From Psammoneis japonica (taxonomy: Eukaryota), in contig QPGO01000099.1 in NCBI GenBank assembly GCA_008632985.1, forward strand, positions 289,679 to 310,228: a stretch of 20,550 nt of DNA. The letters are read 5' to 3'. Below the pieces are notes generated by a model that did no database searches, was not told where the DNA came from, and saw nothing but the letters and a program-made list of their open reading frames with translations. How positions within the stretch are numbered: the stretch's first letter is position 1; every line of letters starts with the position of its first letter. The position numbers and the translations under genes are program-made. This document shows, piece after piece, positions 19,671 through 20,550 of the stretch.

Positions 19671-20550
19671 ATTCAAAATGATGCCCTTGTTGTCAACATC
19701 TTGCGTTGTTGCTGCATGCAATTCGCACAGAAAATTGCAAAAACCCAGCAACAGCAATGCCCCAAAATCAACCACAAACTGCATCCAGGGTCAATGTGGG
19801 TGAACATCCCTGCTCATTGCTCACCACAAGATGCGCATGGTGTGTTTTGTTGCATGAAAACTGGCCAACAGCATTGCCGGCAGCACACCACTGTCAGCAT
19901 TGAATGCCGCATGAAAAGCATGGGGACAACTCTTCTGTCGCATTTGTCTGTCTGTTGCCCAGCTGCACTGCATCTGTCAACAGTTTTTTCTGATGCACAT
20001 TTCTTCCACCTGTGGCATCCCCGCTGAAGCTTGTGCTCAGCCACCTTCACTGGCAGCATCCCCATTTCTCCCTTTCTCGTGTTCACAACAAGTTCTTCAA
20101 AGCCGCCAACCTGCGCACCTGCAGAGATTGCAACCACAGCAAGTGCACCTGCCTTTCTCTCCATGTCATCTTGAGGGTCACCTTCATGCCAAGCACTCTG
20201 TGCCTTGGACCACCCTCAATGCCAACATTGTTGCTTCCGCCCTCGGCAGACCGGCTCCAGTCCCAGGCGGGACTCCGTGTGACATTTGGCCCACAGAATT
20301 CTGTGCATGTGAACTCCGCAGTAAATTTGTCAAGCAATGAAAATGCAAATGATCGTCAACAGAAAAAGAGGCAATTTTACGAACCTGTCTCCTCCTCCAC
20401 ACTTGCAGCACATCACAAACAGCTTGCCCAGGTGTGTTCTGCAGACATCAAAGAATGCATCCAGCACACTCTGCTTGCTCTTCCTCCTCTCCCAGATGAC
20501 CCCATCTTCTGTCCTCTGAAGCCCCCTTTTGCTCTTGGCTCTTGGCAGAT

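Larger units (their letters stand above)
15953..20550. other. Hypermutated domain B: TpA almost absent, CpG depleted; runs off the window end
   Basis: About 11 TA by manual count in ~4.6 kb (16084, 16746, 16801, 17207, 17280, 17561, 17575, 18827, 19348, 20322, 20378). The preceding line 15901-15947 alone has six. Confidence 0.92.

Noticed and set aside
10721..20550. Classical fungal RIP as the cause of the compositional domains
   Set aside because: RIP converts CpA to TpA, enriching TA and AT content. Here TA is eliminated and CA/TG are enriched.
15953..20550. Simple bacterial contamination in the assembly
   Set aside because: The bacterial-like frames are shattered and share the mutation signature of the host pseudogene, and a living bacterium would have intact ORFs. 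A chimeric join still needs read-level exclusion.

Overview
Eukaryotic, most likely diatom, genomic DNA: short GT-AG introns, diatom-type lineage-specific proteins and a TTAGGG motif. About 1-10.7 kb and 14.1-15.95 kb is ordinary gene-dense sequence. It holds two paralogues of a diatom-expanded 'VxF...RGLE...VLxEQ' family, a GNAT acetyltransferase, a GCFC2/PAXBP1-like factor, a 3-exon choline transporter-like (CTL/SLC44) gene and a His-box fatty-acid desaturase-like gene. Three of these genes carry a single 1-nt frameshift, probably assembly errors. The striking signal is two sharply bounded domains (~10.72-13.99 kb and ~15.95 kb to the window end) in which TpA is almost absent and CpG is strongly depleted, with TpG/CpA in excess. 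Domain A is a destroyed NSF/Sec18-like AAA+ ATPase gene whose lesions read as CG->TG/CA and TA->TG/CA transitions. Domain B contains similarly mutated relics that look bacterial: an autotransporter-associated (PATR) beta-repeat protein and a Planctomycete-like ABC-2 permease. It starts at a short inverted-repeat structure. Together this suggests a targeted, RIP-like but chemically different hypermutation or genome-defence process acting on host genes and on horizontally acquired DNA. The mechanism is inference. All counts are manual and no database search was run.
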